From assembly GCA_964016885.1 (NCBI GenBank), contig OZ024741.1:246140001-246204000 (forward strand): a stretch of 64,000 nucleotides of DNA, read 5' to 3'. Every line of letters starts with the position of its first letter. Positions within the stretch are counted from its first letter, which is position 1. The notes under the pieces were generated by a model that saw only the letters and a list, made by a program, of their open reading frames with translations, did not search any database and was not told where the DNA came from. Both the position numbers and the translations under genes were made by a program. This stretch comes from Eledone cirrhosa. Its lineage: Eukaryota. This document shows, piece after piece, positions 26,901 through 41,436 of the stretch.

Positions 26901-28837
26901 CCCTTGATTTTTTTTACAAATAATCTCCCCCTGATTTTTTTTTACAAATTATCTCCCCCTGATTTTTTTTTACAAATTATCTACCCCTGATTTTTTTTTA
27001 CAAATTATCTCCCCCTGATTTTTTTTACAAATTATCTCCCCCTGATTTTTCTTTTACAAATTATCTCCCCCTGATTTTTTTACAAATTATCTCCCCCTGA
27101 TTTTTTTTACAAATTGTCTCTGCCTGATTTTTTTAAATATTATCTTCCCGTGGCTGGCGGGAAATTACCTCCCCTTGGACGGCTGGAAATTATCTGTCCT
27201 TGATTTTCTTTTTACAAATTATCTTCCACTGATTTTTTTTACAAATTATCTCCACCTGATTTTTAAAAAAATTATCTCCCCTTGGAAGGCTGGAAATTAT
27301 CTCCCCTTGGCTGGAAATTATCTCCCCTTGGACGGCTAGAAATTATCTCTCTTTGGACGGCTGGAAATTATCACCCCTTGAGTTTTTTACAAATTATCTC
27401 CCCCTGATTTTTTTTACAAATCTCCCAGTGATTTTTAAAAAAAAATTATCTCCCCTTCGCTGGCTGGAAATTATCTCCCCTTGGACGCTGGAAATTATAG
27501 CCCCTTGGAGGGCTGGAAATTATCTTCCCTTGGACGGCTGGAAATTATCTCCCCTTGATTTTTTTTACAAATTATCTCCCCCTGATTTTTTTTTACAAAT
27601 TATCTCCCCCTGATTTTTTTTACAACTTATCTGCGCCTGATTTTTTTAAAAAAATTATCTCCCCTCGGACGGCTGGAAATTATCTCTCCTTGGACGGCTA
27701 GAATTTACCTCTCCTTGGACGGCTGAAAATTATCTCCCCTTGGACGGCTGGAAATTATCTCCCCTTGATTTTTTTTACAAATTATCTCCCCCTGATTTTT
27801 TTTTACAAATTATCTCCCCCTGATTTTTTTTTACAAATTATCTCCCCCCTGAATTTTTTACAAATTATCTCCCCTTGGCTGGCTGGAAATTATCTCCCCT
27901 TGGAGGCTGGAACTTATCTCCCCTTGGACGGCTAGAAATTACCTCTCCTTGGACGGCTGGAAAATATGTCTCCTTGGACGGCTGGATATTATCTCCCCTT
28001 GGACGGCTGGAAATTATCTCCCCTTGGACGGCTGGAAATTATCTCCCCTTGGATGGCTAGATATTACCTCCCCTTGGACGGCTGGAAATTATCTTCCCTT
28101 GACTTTTTTTACAAATTATCTCCCCCTGATTTTTTTTTACAAATTATCTCCCCCTGATTTTTTTTTAAAAATTATCTCCCCCTGATTTTTGTTTACAAAT
28201 TATCTCCGCCTGATTTTTTTTAAAAAATTATCTCCCCTTGGACGGCTGGAAATTATCTCCCCTTGGACGGCTGGAAATTATATCTCCTTGGACGGCTAGA
28301 ATTTACCTCTCCTTGGACGGCTGAAAATTATCTCCCCTTGGACGGCTGGAAATTATCTCCCCTTGATTTTTTTTACAAATTATCTCCCCCTGATTTTTTT
28401 TTACAAATTATCTCCCCCTGATTTTTTTTTACAAATTATCTCCCCCTGATTTTTTTTTACAAATTATCTCCCCCTGATTTTTTTACAAATTATCTCCCCT
28501 TGGCTGGCTGGAAATTATCTCCCCTTGGAGGCTGGAACTTATCTCCCCTTGGACGGCTAGAAATTACCTCTCCTTGGACGGCTGGAAAATATGTCTCCTT
28601 GGACGGCTGGATATTATCTCCCCTTGGACGGCTGGAAATTATCTCCCCTTGGACGGCTGGAAATTATCTCCCCTTGGATGGCTAGATATTACCTCCCCTT
28701 GGACGGCTGGAAATTATCTCCCCTTGATTTTTTTTACAAATTATCTCCCCCTGATTTTTTTTTACAAATTATCTCCCCCTGATTTTTTTTTACAAATTAT
28801 CTCCCCCTGATTTTTGTTTACAAATTATCTCCGCCTG
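5990..28837 (+). repeat. Copy 1 of a large near-identical segmental duplication within the satellite (offset 35,447 to 35,163 bp)
   Basis: Rare variants recur at fixed offsets: TGGACTGCTG 20,091/55,361; TATGTCCCCC 22,261/57,531; GGGCCGGAAA 23,111/58,381; CGTTGGCTGG 25,711/60,981; TTTTTCTATT 25,871/61,141 (all 35,270). ORF-track starts match at 35,447 (6016/41463 to 12596/48043), 35,271, 35,270 and 35,163 (27353/62516). Boundaries are approximate. Confidence 0.93.
7818..8770 (+). repeat. ~625-bp higher-order unit in tandem (about 24 monomers); also at 15,696, 19,727, 43,265, 50,967, 54,997 and 63,038
   Basis: The cassette GGCTGGCTGG..GGAGGCTGGAACTTATC..AAAATATGTCTCC..GGATGGCTAGATATTACC recurs 625 bp later at each site (7818/8443, 15696/16321, 19727/20352, 43265/43890, 50967/51592, 54997/55622, 63038/63663). 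Confidence 0.88.
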
Positions 28838-29600
28838 ATTTTTTTTTTAAAATTATCTCCCCTTGGACGGCTGGAAATTATCTCCCCTTGGACGGCTAGA
28901 AATTACCTCTCCTTGGACGGCTGAAAATTATCTCCCCTTGGACGGCTGGAAATTATCTCCCCTTGATTTTTTTACAAATTATCTCCCCCTGATTTTTTTT
29001 TTACAAATTATCTCCCCCTGATTTTTTTTTTACAAATTATCTCCCCCTAATTTTTTTTTACAAATTATCTCCCCCTGATTTTTTTTACAAATTATCTCCC
29101 CCCTGATTTTTTTACAAATTATCTCCCCTTGGCTGGCTGGAAATTATCTCCCCTTGGAGGCTGGAACTTATCTCCCCTTGGACGGCTAGAAATTACCTCT
29201 CCTTGGACGGCTGGAAAATATGTCTCCTTGGACGGCTGGATATTATCTCCCCTTGGACGGCTGGAAATTATCTCCCCTTGGACGGCTGGAAATTATCTCC
29301 CCTTGGATGGCTAGATATTACCTCCCCTTGGACGGCTGGAAATTATCTCCCCTTGATTTTTTTTACAAATTATCTCCCCCTAATTTTTTTTTACAAATTA
29401 TCTCCCCCTGATATTTTAAAAAAAATTATCTCCCCCTGATTTTTGTTTACAAATTATCTCCGCCTGATTTTTTTTAAAAAATTATCTCCCCTTGGACGGC
29501 TGGAAATTATCTCCCCTTGGACGGCTGGAAATTATATCTCCTTGGACGGCTAGAATTTACCTCTCCTTGGACGGCTGAAAATTATCTCCCCTTGATTTTT
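27875..29600 (+). repeat. Three tandem copies of the ~625-bp higher-order unit
   Basis: Cassette starts at 27,875, 28,500 and 29,129 (spacings 625 and 629). Confidence 0.85.
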
Positions 29601-32600
29601 TTACAAATTATCTCCCCCTGATTTTTTTTTACAAATTATCTCCCTCTGATTTTTTTTTACAAATTATCTCCCCCTGATTTTTTTTTACAAATTATCTCCC
29701 CCTGATTTTTGTTTACAAATTATCTCCGCCTGATTTTTTTTTTTAAATTATCTCCCCTTGGACGGCTGGAAATTATCTCCCCTCGGACGGCTAGAAATTA
29801 CCTCTCCTTGGACGGCTGAAAATTATCTCCCCTTGGACGGCTGGAAATTATCTCCCCTTGATTTTTTTACAAATTATCTCCCCCTGATTTTTTTTTACAA
29901 ATTATCTCCCCCTGATTTTTTTTTAGAAATTATCTACCCCTGATTTTTTTTACAAATTATCTCCCCCTGATTTTTTTTTACAAATTATCTACCCCTGATT
30001 TTTTTTACAAATTATCTCCCCCTGATTTTTTTTACAAATTATCTCCCCCTGATTTTTTTTTTACAAATTATCTCCCCCTGATTTTTTTACAAATTATCTC
30101 CCCCTGATTTTTTTTACAAATTATCTCCGCCGGATTTTTTTAAATATTATCTTCCCTTGGCTTGCGGGAAATTATCTCCCCTTGGACAGCTGAAAATTAT
30201 CTCCCCTTGGACGGCTGGAAATTATCTCCCCTTGTTTTTTTTACAAATTATCTCCCCCTGATTTTTTTTTACAAATTATCTCCCCCTGATTTTTTTTACA
30301 AATTATCTCCCCCTGATTTTTTTTTACAAATTATCTCCCCCTGATTTTTTTTACAAATTATCTCCCCCTGATTTTTTTTACAAATTATCTCCCCCTGATT
30401 TTTTTTTACAAATTATCTCCCCCTGATTTTTTTACAAATTATCTCCCCCTGATTTTTTTTACAAATTATCTCCGCCTGATTTTTTAAAATATTATCTCCC
30501 CTTGGACGGCTGGAAATTATCTGCCCTTGATTTTCTTTTTACAAATTAACTTCCACTGATTTTTTTTACAAATTATCTCCACCTGATTTTTTTAAAAATT
30601 ATCTCCCCTTGGAAGGCTGGAAATTATCTCCCCTTGGCTGGAAATTATCTCCCCTTGGACGGCTAGAAATTATCTCTCTTTGGACGGCTGGAAATTATCA
30701 CCCCTTGAGTTTTTTACAAATTATCTCCCCCTGATTTTTTTTACAAATCTCCCAGTGATTTTTAAAAAAAAATTATCTTCCCTTCGCTGGCTGGAAATTA
30801 TCTCCCCTTGGACGCTGGAAATTATAGCCCCTTGGAGGGCTGGAAATTATCTTCCCTTGGACGGCTGGAAATTATCTCCCCTTGATTTTTTTTACAAATT
30901 ATCTCCCCCTGATTTTTTTTTACAAATTATCTCCCCCTGATTTTTTTTACAACTTATCTGCGCCTGATTTTTTTAAAAAAATTATCTCCCCTTGGACGGC
31001 TGGAAATTATCTCCCCTTGGACGGCTGGAAATTATCTCTCCTTGGACGGCTGAAAATTATCTCCCCTTGGACGGCTGGAAATTATCTCCCCTTGATTTTT
31101 TTTACAAATTATCTCCTCCTGATTTTTTTTACAAATTATCTCCCCCTGATTTTTTTTTACAAATTATCTCCCCCTGATTTTTTTTACAAATTATCTCCCC
31201 CTGATTTTTTTACAAATTATCTCCCCTTGGCTGGCTGGAAATTATCTCCCCTTGGAGGCTGGAACTTATCTCCCCTTGGACGGCTAGAAATTACCTCTCC
31301 TTGGACGGCTGGAAAATATGTCTCCTTGGACGGCTGGATATTATCTCACCTTGGACGGCTAGAAATTATCTCCCCTTGGACGGCAGGAAATTATCTCCCC
31401 TTGGATGGCTAGATATTACCTCCCCTTGGACGGCTGGAAATTATCTCCCCTTGATTTTTTTTACAAATTATCTGCCCCTGATTTTTTTTTACAAATTATC
31501 TCCCCCTGATTTTTTTTTACAAATTATCTCCCCCTGATTTTTTTTTTAAAATTATCTCCCCTTGGACGGCTGGAAATTATCTCCCCTTGGACGGCTAGAA
31601 ATTACCTCTCCTTGGACGGCTGAAAATTATCTCCCCTTGGACGGCTGGAAATTATCTCCCCTTGATTTTTTTACAAATTATTTCCGCCTGATTTTTTTTT
31701 ACAAATTATCTCCCCCTGATTTTTTTTTACAAATTATCTACCCCTGATTTTTTTTTACAAATTATCTCCCCCTGATTTTTTTTACAAATTATCTACCCCT
31801 GATTTTTTTTACAAATTATCTCCCCCTGATTTTTTTTACAAATTATCTCCCCCTGATTTTTTTTTTTACAAATTATCTCCCCCTGATTTTTTTACAAATT
31901 ATCTCCCCCTGATTTTTTTTACAAATTATCTCCGCCGGATTTTTTTAAATATTATCTTCCCTTGGCTGGCGGGAAATTATCTCCCCTTGGACGGCTGAAA
32001 ATTATCTCCCCTTGGACGGCTGGAAATTATCTCCCCTTGATTTTTTTTACAAATTATCTCCCCCTGACTTTTTTTTACAAATTATCTCCCCCTGATTTTT
32101 TTTACAAATTATCTCCCCCTGATTTTTTTACAAATTATCTCCCCTTGGCTGGCTGGAAATTACCTCCCCTTGTAGGCTGGAATTTATCTCCCCTTGGACG
32201 GCTAGAAATTACCTCTACTTGGACGGCTGGAAAATATGTCTCCTTGGACGGCTGGATATTATCTCCCCTTGGACGGCTGGAAATTATCTCCCCTTGGACG
32301 GCTGGAAATTATCTCCCCTTGATTTTTTTTACAAATTATCTCCCCCTGATTTTTTTACAAATCTCCCAGTGATTTTTAAAAAAAAATTATCTTCCCTTCG
32401 CTGGCTGGAAATTATCTCCCCTTGGACGCTGGAAATTATAGCCCCTTGGAGGGCTGGAAATTATCTTCCCTTGGACGGCTGGAAATTATCTCCCCTTGAT
32501 TTTTTTTACAAATTATCTCCCCCTGATTTTTTTTTACAAATTATCTCCCCTGATTTTTTTTTACAACTTATCTGCGCCTGATTTTTTTAAAAAAATTATC

Positions 32601-35600
32601 TCCCCTTGGACGGCTGGAAATTATCTCCCCTTGGACGGCTGGAAATTATCTCTCCTTGGACGGCTAGAATTTACCTCTCCTTGGACGGCTGAAAATTATC
32701 TCCCCTTGGACGGCTGGAAATTATCTCCCCTTGATTTTTTTTACAAATTATCTCCCCCTGATTTTTTTTTACAAATTATCTCCCCCTGATTTTTTTTTAC
32801 AAATTATCTCCCCCTGATTTTTTTTTACAAATTATCTCCCCCTGATTTTTTTTACAAATTATCTCCCCCTGATTTTTTTACAAATTATCTCCCCTTGGCT
32901 GGCTGGAAATTATCTCCCCTTGGAGGCTGGAACTTATCTCCCCTTGGACGGCTAGAAATTACCTCTCCTTGGACGGCTGAAAATTATCTCCCCTTGGACG
33001 GCTGGAAATTATCTCCCCTTGATTTTTTTACAAATTATCTCCCCCTGATTTTTTTTTACAAATTATCTCCGCCTGATTTTTTTTTACAAATTATCTACCC
33101 CTGATTTTTTTTTACAAATTATCTCCCCCTGATTTTTTTTTACAAATTATCTACCCCTGATTTTTTTTACAAATTATCTCCCCCCGATTTTTTTTACAAA
33201 TTATCTCCCCTTGATTTTTTTTTTACAAATTATCTCCCCCTGATTTTTTTACAAATTATCTCCCCCTGATTTTTTTTACAAATTATCTCCGCCGGATTTT
33301 TTTAAATATTATCTTCCCTTGGCTGGCGGGAAATTATCTCCCCTTGGACGGCTGAAAATTATCTCCCCTTGGACGGCTGGAAATTATCTCCCCTTGATTT
33401 TTTTTACAAATTATCTCCCCCTGATTTTTTTTTACAAATTATCTCCCCCTGATTTTTTTACAAATTATCTCCCCTTGGCTGGCTGGAAATTACCTCCCCT
33501 TGTAGGCTGGAATTTATCTCCCCTTGGACGGCTAGAAATTACCTCTCCTTGGACGGCTGGAAAATATGTCTCCTTGGACGGCTGGATATTATCTCCCCTT
33601 GGATGGCTGGAAATTATCTCCCCTTGGACGGCTGGAAATTATCTCCCCTTGATTTTTTTTACAAATTATCTCCTCCTGATTTTTTTTACAAATCTCCCAA
33701 TGATTTTTTAAAAAAAATTATCTCCCCTTCGCTGGCTGGAAATTATCTCCCCTTGGACGCTGGAAATTATAGCCCCTTGGAGGGCTGGAAATTATCTTCC
33801 CTTGGACGGCTGGAAATTATCTCCCCTTGATTTTTTTTACAAATTATCTCCCCCTGATTTTTTTTTACAAATTATCTCCCCCTGATTTTTTTTTACAAAT
33901 TATCTCCCCCTGATTTTTTATTTACAAATTATCTCCGCCTGATTTTTTTTTAAAAATTACCTCCCCTTGGACGGCTGGAAATTATCTCCCCTTGGACGGC
34001 TGGAAATTATCTCCCCTTGGACGGCTAGAAATTATCTCTCCTTGGACGGCTGAAAATTATCTCCCCTTGGACGGCTGCAAATTATCTCCCCTTGATTTTT
34101 TTTACAAATTATCTCCCCCTGATTTTTTTTACAAATTATCTCCCCCTGATTTTTTTTACAAATTATCTACCCCTGATTTTTTTTACAAATTATCTCCCCC
34201 TGATTTTTTTTTACAAATTATCTCCCCCTGATTTTTTTTACAAATTATCTCCGCCTGATTTTTTTAAATATTATCTTCCCTTGGCTGGCGGGAAATTATC
34301 TCCCCTTGGACGGCTGGAAATTATCTGCCCTTGATTTTTTTTACAAATTATCTCCCCCTGATTTTTTTTTTACAAATTATCTCCCCCTAATTTTTTTTTA
34401 CAAATTATCTCCCCCTGATTTTTTTTACAAATTATCTCCCCCCTGATTTTTTTACAAATTATCTCCCCTTGGCTGGCTGGAAATTATCTCCCCTTGGAGG
34501 CTGGAACTTATCTCCCCTTGGACGGCTAGATATTACCTCCCCTTGGACGGCTGGAAATTATCTCCCCTTGGACGGCTGGAAATTATCTCCCCTTGGATGG
34601 CTAGATATTACCTCCCCTTGGACGGCTGGAAATTATCTCCCCTTGATTTTGTTTACAAATTATCTCCCCCTGATTTTTTTTTACAAATTATCTCCCCCTG
34701 ATTTTTTTTTACAAATTATCTCCCCCTGATTTTTGTTTACAAATTATCTCCGCCTGATTTTTTTTTTAAAATTATCTCCCCTTGGACGGCTGGAAATTAT
34801 CTCCCCTCGGACGGCTAGAAATTACCTCTCCTTGGACGGCTGAAAATTATCTCCCCTTGGACGGCTGGAAATTATCTCCCCTTGATTTTTTTACAAATTA
34901 TCTCCCCCTGATTTTTTTTTTACAAATTATCTCCCCCTGATTTTTTTTTAGAAATTATCTACCCCTGATTTGTTTTTACAAATTATCTCCCCCTGATTTT
35001 TTTTTACAAATTATCTACCCCTGATTTTTTTTACAAATTATCTCCCCCTGATTTTTTTTACAAATTATCTCCCCCTGATTTTTTTTTTACAAATTATCTC
35101 CCCCTGATTTTTTTACAAATTATCTCCCCCTGATCTTTTTTACAAATTATCTCCGCCGGATTTTTTTAAATATTATCTTCCCTTGGCTTGCGGGAAATTA
35201 TCTCCCCTTGGACGGCTGAAAATTATCTCCCCTTGGACGGCTGGAAATTATCTCCCCTTGATTTTTTTTACAAATTATCTCCCCCTGATTTTTTTTTACA
35301 AATTATCTTCCCCTGATTTTTTTTACAAATTATCTCCCCCTGATTTTTTTTTACAAATTATCTCCCCCTGATTTTTTTTACAAATTATCTCCCCCTGATT
35401 TTTTTTACAAATTATCTCCCCCTGATTTTTTTTTACAAATTATCTCCCCCTGATTTTTTTACAAATTATCTCCCCCTGATTTTTTTTACAAATTATCTCC
35501 GCCTGATTTTTTAAAATATTATCTCCCCTTGGACGGCTGGAAATTATCTGCCCTTGATTTTCTTTTTACAAATTAACTTCCACTGATTTTTTTTACAAAT

Positions 35601-38600
35601 TATCTCCACCTGATTTTTTTAAAAATTATCTCCCCTTGGAAGGCTGGAAATTATCTCCCCTTGGCTGGAAATTATCTCCCCTTGGACGGCTAGAAATTAT
35701 CTCTCTTTGGACGGCTGGAAATTATCACCCCTTGAGTTTTTTACAAATTATCTCCCCCTGATTTTTTTTACAAATCTCCCAGTGATTTTTAAAAAAAAAT
35801 TATCTTCCCTTCACTGGCTGGAAATTATCTCCCCTTGGACGCTGGAAATTATAGCCGCTTGATTTTTTTTACAAATTATCTCCCCCTGATTTTTTTTTAC
35901 AAATTATCTCCCCCTGATTTTTTTTAAAAAATTATCTCCCCTTGGACGGCTGGAAATTATCTCCCCTTGGACGGCTGGAAATTATCTCTCCTTGGACGGC
36001 TAGAATTTACCTCTCCTTGGACGGCTGAAAATTATCTCCCCTTGGACGGCTGGAAATTATCTCCCCTTGATTTTTTTTACAAATTATCTCCCCCTGATTT
36101 TTTTTTACAAATTATCTCCCCCTGATTTTTTTTTACAAATTATCTCCCCCTGATTTTTTTTACAAATTATTTCCCCCTGATTTTTTTACAAATTATCTCC
36201 CCTTGGCTGGCTGGAAATTATCTCCCCTTGGACGGCAGGAAATTATCTCCCCTTGGATGGCTAGATATTACCTCCCCTTGGACGGCTGGAAATTATCTCC
36301 CCTTGATTTTTTTTACAAATTATCTGCCCCTGATTTTTTTTTACAAATTATCTCCCCCTGATTTTTTTTTACAAATTATCTCCCCCTGATTTTTTTTTTA
36401 AAATTATCTCCCCTTGGACGGCTGGAAATTATCTCCCCTTGGACGGCTAGAAATTACCTCTCCTTGGACGGCTGAAAATTATCTCCCCTTGGACGGCTGG
36501 AAATTATCTCCCCTTGATTTTTTTACAAATTATTTCCCCCTGATTTTTTTTTACAAATTATCTCCCCCTGATTTTTTTTTACAAATTATCTATCCCTGAT
36601 TTTTTTTTACAAATTATCTCCCCCTGATTTTTTTTTACAAATTATCTACCCCTGATTTTTTTTTACAAATTATCTCCCCCTGATTTTTTTTACAAATTAT
36701 CTCCCCCTGATTTTTTTTTTTACAAATTATCTCCCCCTGATTTTTTTACAAATTATCTCCCCCTGATTTTTTTTACAAATTATCTCCGCCGGATTTTTTT
36801 AAATATTATCTTCCCTTGGCTGGCGGGAAATTATCTCCCCTTGGACGGCTGAAAATTATCTCCCCTTGGACGGCTGGAAATTATCTCCCCTTGGAAGGAT
36901 GGAAATTATCTCCCCTTGCACGGCTGGAAATTATCTCCCCTTGGCTGGAAATTATCTCCCCTTGGACGGCTAGAAATTATCTCTCTTTGGACGGCTGGAA
37001 ATTATCTCCCTTTGATTTTTTTTACAAATTATCTCCCTCTGATTTTTTTTACAAATCTCCCCCTGATTTTTTTAAAAAAATTATCTCCCCTTCGCTGGCT
37101 GGAAATTATCTTCCCTTGGACGGCTGGAAATTATCTCCCCTTGATTTTTTTTACAAATTATCTCCGCCTGATTTTTTTTTAAAATTATCTCTCCTTGGAC
37201 GGCTGGAAATTATCTCCCCTTGATTTTTTTTACAAATAATCTCCCCCTGATTTTTTTTTACAAATTATCTCCCCCTGATTTTTTTTTACAAATTATCTAC
37301 CCCTGATTTTTTTTTACAAATTATCTCCCCCTGATTTTTTTTACAAATTATCTCCCCCTGATTTTTCTTTTACAAATTATCTCCCCCTGATTTTTTTACA
37401 AATTATCTCCCCCTGATTTTTTTTACAAATTGTCTCTGCCTGATTTTTTTAAATATTATCTTCCCGTGGCTGGCGGGAAATTACCTCCCCTTGGACGGCT
37501 GGAAATTATCTGTCCTTGATTTTCTTTTTACAAATTATCTTCCACTGATTTTTTTTACAAATTATCTCCACCTGATTTTTTTAAAAATTATCTCCCCTTG
37601 GAAGGCTGGAAATTATCTCCCCTTGGCTGGAAATTATCTCCCCTTGGACGGCTAGAAATTATCTCTCTTTGGACGGCTGGAAATTATCACCCCTTGAGTT
37701 TTTTACAAATTATCTCCCCCTGATTTTTTTTACAAATCTCCCAGTGATTTTTAAAAAAAAATTATCTCCCCTTCGCTGGCTGGAAATTATCTCCCCTTGG
37801 ACGCTGGAAATTATAGCCCCTTGGAGGGCTGGAAATTATCTTCCCTTGGACGGCTGGAAATTATCTCCCCTTGATTTTTTTTACAAATTATCTCCCCCTG
37901 ATTTTTTTTTACAAATTATCTTCCCCTGATTTTTTTTTACAACTTATCTGCGCCTGATTTTTTTAAAAAAATTATCTCCCCTCGGACGGCTGGAAATTAT
38001 CTCTCCTTGGACGGCTAGAATTTACCTCTCCTTGGACGGCTGAAAATTATCTCCCCTTGGACGGCTGGAAATTATCTCCCCTTGATTTTTTTTACAAATT
38101 ATCTACCCCTGATTTTTTTTACAAATTATCTCCCCCTGATTTTTTTTACAAATTATCTCCCCCTGATTTTTTTTTTACAAATTATCTCCCCCTGATTTTT
38201 TTACAAATTATCTCCCCCTGATTTTTTTTACAAATTATCTCCGCCGGATTTTTTTAAATATTATCTTCCCTTGGCTTGCGGGAAATTATCTCCCCTTGGA
38301 CGGCTGAAAATTATCTCCCCTTGGACGGCTGGAAATTATCTCCCCTTGATTTTTTTTACAAATTATCTCCCCCTGACTTTTTTTTACAAATTATCTCCCC
38401 CTGATTTTTTTTACAAATTATCTCCCCCTGATTTTTTTACAAATTATCTCCCCTTGGCTGGCTGGAAATTACCTCCCCTTGTAGGCTGGAATTTATCTCC
38501 CCTTGGACGGCTAGAAATTACCTCTACTTGGACGGCTGGAAAATATGTCTCCTTGGACGGCTGGATATTATCTCCCCTTGGACGGCTGGAAATTATCTCC

Positions 38601-41436
38601 CCTTGGACGGCTGGAAATTATCTCCCCTTGATTTTTTTTACAAATTATCTCCCCCTGATTTTTTTACAAATCTCCCAGTGATTTTTAAAAAAAAATTATC
38701 TTCCCTTCGCTGGCTGGAAATTATCTCCCCTTGGACGCTGGAAATTATAGCCCCTTGGAGGGCTGGAAATTATCTTCCCTTGGACGGCTGGAAATTATCT
38801 CTCCTTGGACGGCTAGAATTTACCTCTCCTTGGACGGCTGAAAATTATCTCCCCTTGGACGGCTGGAAATTATCTCCCCTTGATTTTTTTTACAAATTAT
38901 CTCCCCCTGATTTTTTTTTACAAATTATCTCCCCCTGATTTTTTTTTACAACTTATCTGCGCCTGATTTTTTTAAAAAAATTATCTCCCCTTGGACGGCT
39001 GGAAATTATCTCCCCTTGGACGGCTGGAAATTATCTCTCCTTGGACGGCTAGAATTTACCTCTCCTTGGACGGCTGAAAATTATCTCCCCTTGGACGGCT
39101 GGAAATTATCTCCCCTTGATTTTTTTTACAAATTATCTCCCCCTGATTTTTTTTTACAAATTATCTCCCCCTGATTTTTTTTTACAAATTATCTCCCCCT
39201 GATTTTTTTTTACAAATTATCTCCCCCTGATTTTTTTACAAATTATCTCCCCTTGGCTGGCTGGAAATTACCTCCCCTTGTAGGCTGGAATTTATCTCCC
39301 CTTGGACGGCTAGAAATTACCTCTCCTTGGACGGCTGGAAAATATGTCTCCTTGGACGGCTGGATATTATCTCCCCTTGGATGGCTGGAAATTATCTCCC
39401 CTTGGACGGCTGGAAATTATCTCCCCTTGATTTTTTTTACAAATTATCTCCTCCTGATTTTTTTTACAAATCTCCCAATGATTTTTTAAAAAAAATTATC
39501 TCCCCTTCGCTGGCTGGAAATTATCTCCCCTTGGACGCTGGAAATTATAGCCCCTTGGAGGGCTGGAAATTATCTTCCCTTGGACGGCTGGAAATTATCT
39601 CCCCTTGATTTTTTTTACAAATTATCTCCCCCTGATTTTTTTTTACAAATTATCTCCCCCTGATTTTTTTTTACAAATTATCTCCCCCTGATTTTTTATT
39701 TACAAATTATCTCCGCCTGATTTTTTTTTAAAAATTACCTCCCCTTGGACGGCTGGAAATTATCTCCCCTTGGACGGCTGGAAATTATCTCCCCTTGGAC
39801 GGCTAGAAATTATCTCTCCTTGGACGGCTGAAAATTATCTCCCCTTGGACGGCTGCAAATTATCTCCCCTTGATTTTTTTTACAAATTATCTCCCCCTGA
39901 TTTTTTTTACAAATTATCTCCCCCTGATTTTTTTTACAAATTATCTACCCCTGATTTTTTTTACAAATTATCTCCCCCTGATTTTTTTTTACAAATTATC
40001 TCCCCCTGATTTTTTTTACAAATTATCTCCGCCTGATTTTTTTAAATATTATCTTCCCTTGGCTGGCGGGAAATTATCTCCCCTTGGACGGCTGGAAATT
40101 ATCTGCCCTTGATTTTTTTTACAAATTATCTCCCCCTGATTTTTTTTTTACAAATTATCTCCCCCTAATTTTTTTTTACAAATTATCTCCCCCTGATTTT
40201 TTTTACAAATTATCTCCCTCTGATTTTTTTACAAATTATCTCCCCTTGGCTGGCTGGAAATTATCTCCCCTTGGACGGCTAGAAATTACCTCTCCTTGGA
40301 CGGCTGGAAAATATGTCTCCTTGGACGGCTGGATATTATCTCCCCTTGGACGGCTGGAAATTATCTCCCCTTGGACGGCTGGAAATTATCTCCCCTTGGA
40401 CGGATAGATATTACCTCCCCTTGGACGGCTGGAAATTATCTCCCCTTGATTTTTTTACAAATTATCTCCCCCTGATTTATTTTACAAATCTCCCAATGAT
40501 TTAAAAAAAAAAATTATCTCCCCTTCGCTGGCTGGAAATTATCTCCCCTTGGACGCTGGAAATTATAGCCCCTTGGAGGGCTGGAAATTATCTTCCCTTG
40601 GACGGCTGGAAATTATCTCCCCTTGATTTTTTTTACAAATTATCTCCCCCTGATTTTTTTTACAAATTATCTCCCCCTGATTTTTTTTACAAATTATCTA
40701 CCCCTGATTTTTTTTACAAATTATCTCCCCCTGATTTTTTTTTACAAATTATCTCCCCCTGATTTTTTTTTACAAATTATCTCCCCCTGATTTTTTTACA
40801 AATTATCTCCCCCTGATTTTTTTTACAATCTCCGCCTGATTTTTTTAAAAATTATCTTCCCTTGGCTGGCTGGAAATTATCTCCCCTTGGACACTGGAAA
40901 TTATAGCCCCTTGGAGGGCTGGAAATTATCTTCCCTTGGACGGCTGGAAATTATCTCCCCTTGGACACTGGAAATTATAGCCCCTTGGAGGGCTGGAAAT
41001 TATCTTCCCTTGGACGGCTGGAAATTATCTCCCCTTGATTTTTTTTACAAATTATCTCCGCCTGATTTTTTTTTACAAATTATCTCCCCCTGATTTTTTT
41101 TTACAAATTATCTACCCCTGATTTTTTTTTACAAATTATCTCCCCCTGATTTTTTTTACAAATTATCTCCCCCTGATTTTTCTTTTACAAATTATCTCCC
41201 CCTGATTTTTTTACAAATTATCTCCCCCTGATTTTTTTTACAAATTATCTCCGCCTGATTTTTTTAAATATTATCTTCCCTTGGCTGGCGGGAAATTATC
41301 TCCCCTTGGACGGCTGGAAATTATCTGCCCTTGATTTTCTTTTTACAAATTATCTTCCACTGATTTTTTTTACAAATTATCTCCGCCTGATTTTTTTAAA
41401 TATTATCTTCCCTTGGCTGGCGGGAAATTATCTCCC
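28838..41436 (+). repeat. Rearranged (mosaic) satellite domain with private variants and several internal duplications
   Basis: Same monomers but a broken HOR order. Private variants: TGTAGGCTGGAATTTATC (~32,171, 33,501, 38,480, 39,279), CGGCAGG (~31,381, 36,233), TTAGAAATTATCTACC (~29,923, 34,948). Duplication offsets are 5,778, 6,309, ~5,024, 4,852 and 10,316. Confidence 0.8.
40875..41037 (+). repeat. Local 74-bp (three-monomer) tandem duplication
   Basis: ACACTGGAAATTATAGCCCCTTGGAGGGCTGG... starts at 40,891 and again at 40,965. Elsewhere this cassette occurs singly. Confidence 0.88.
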
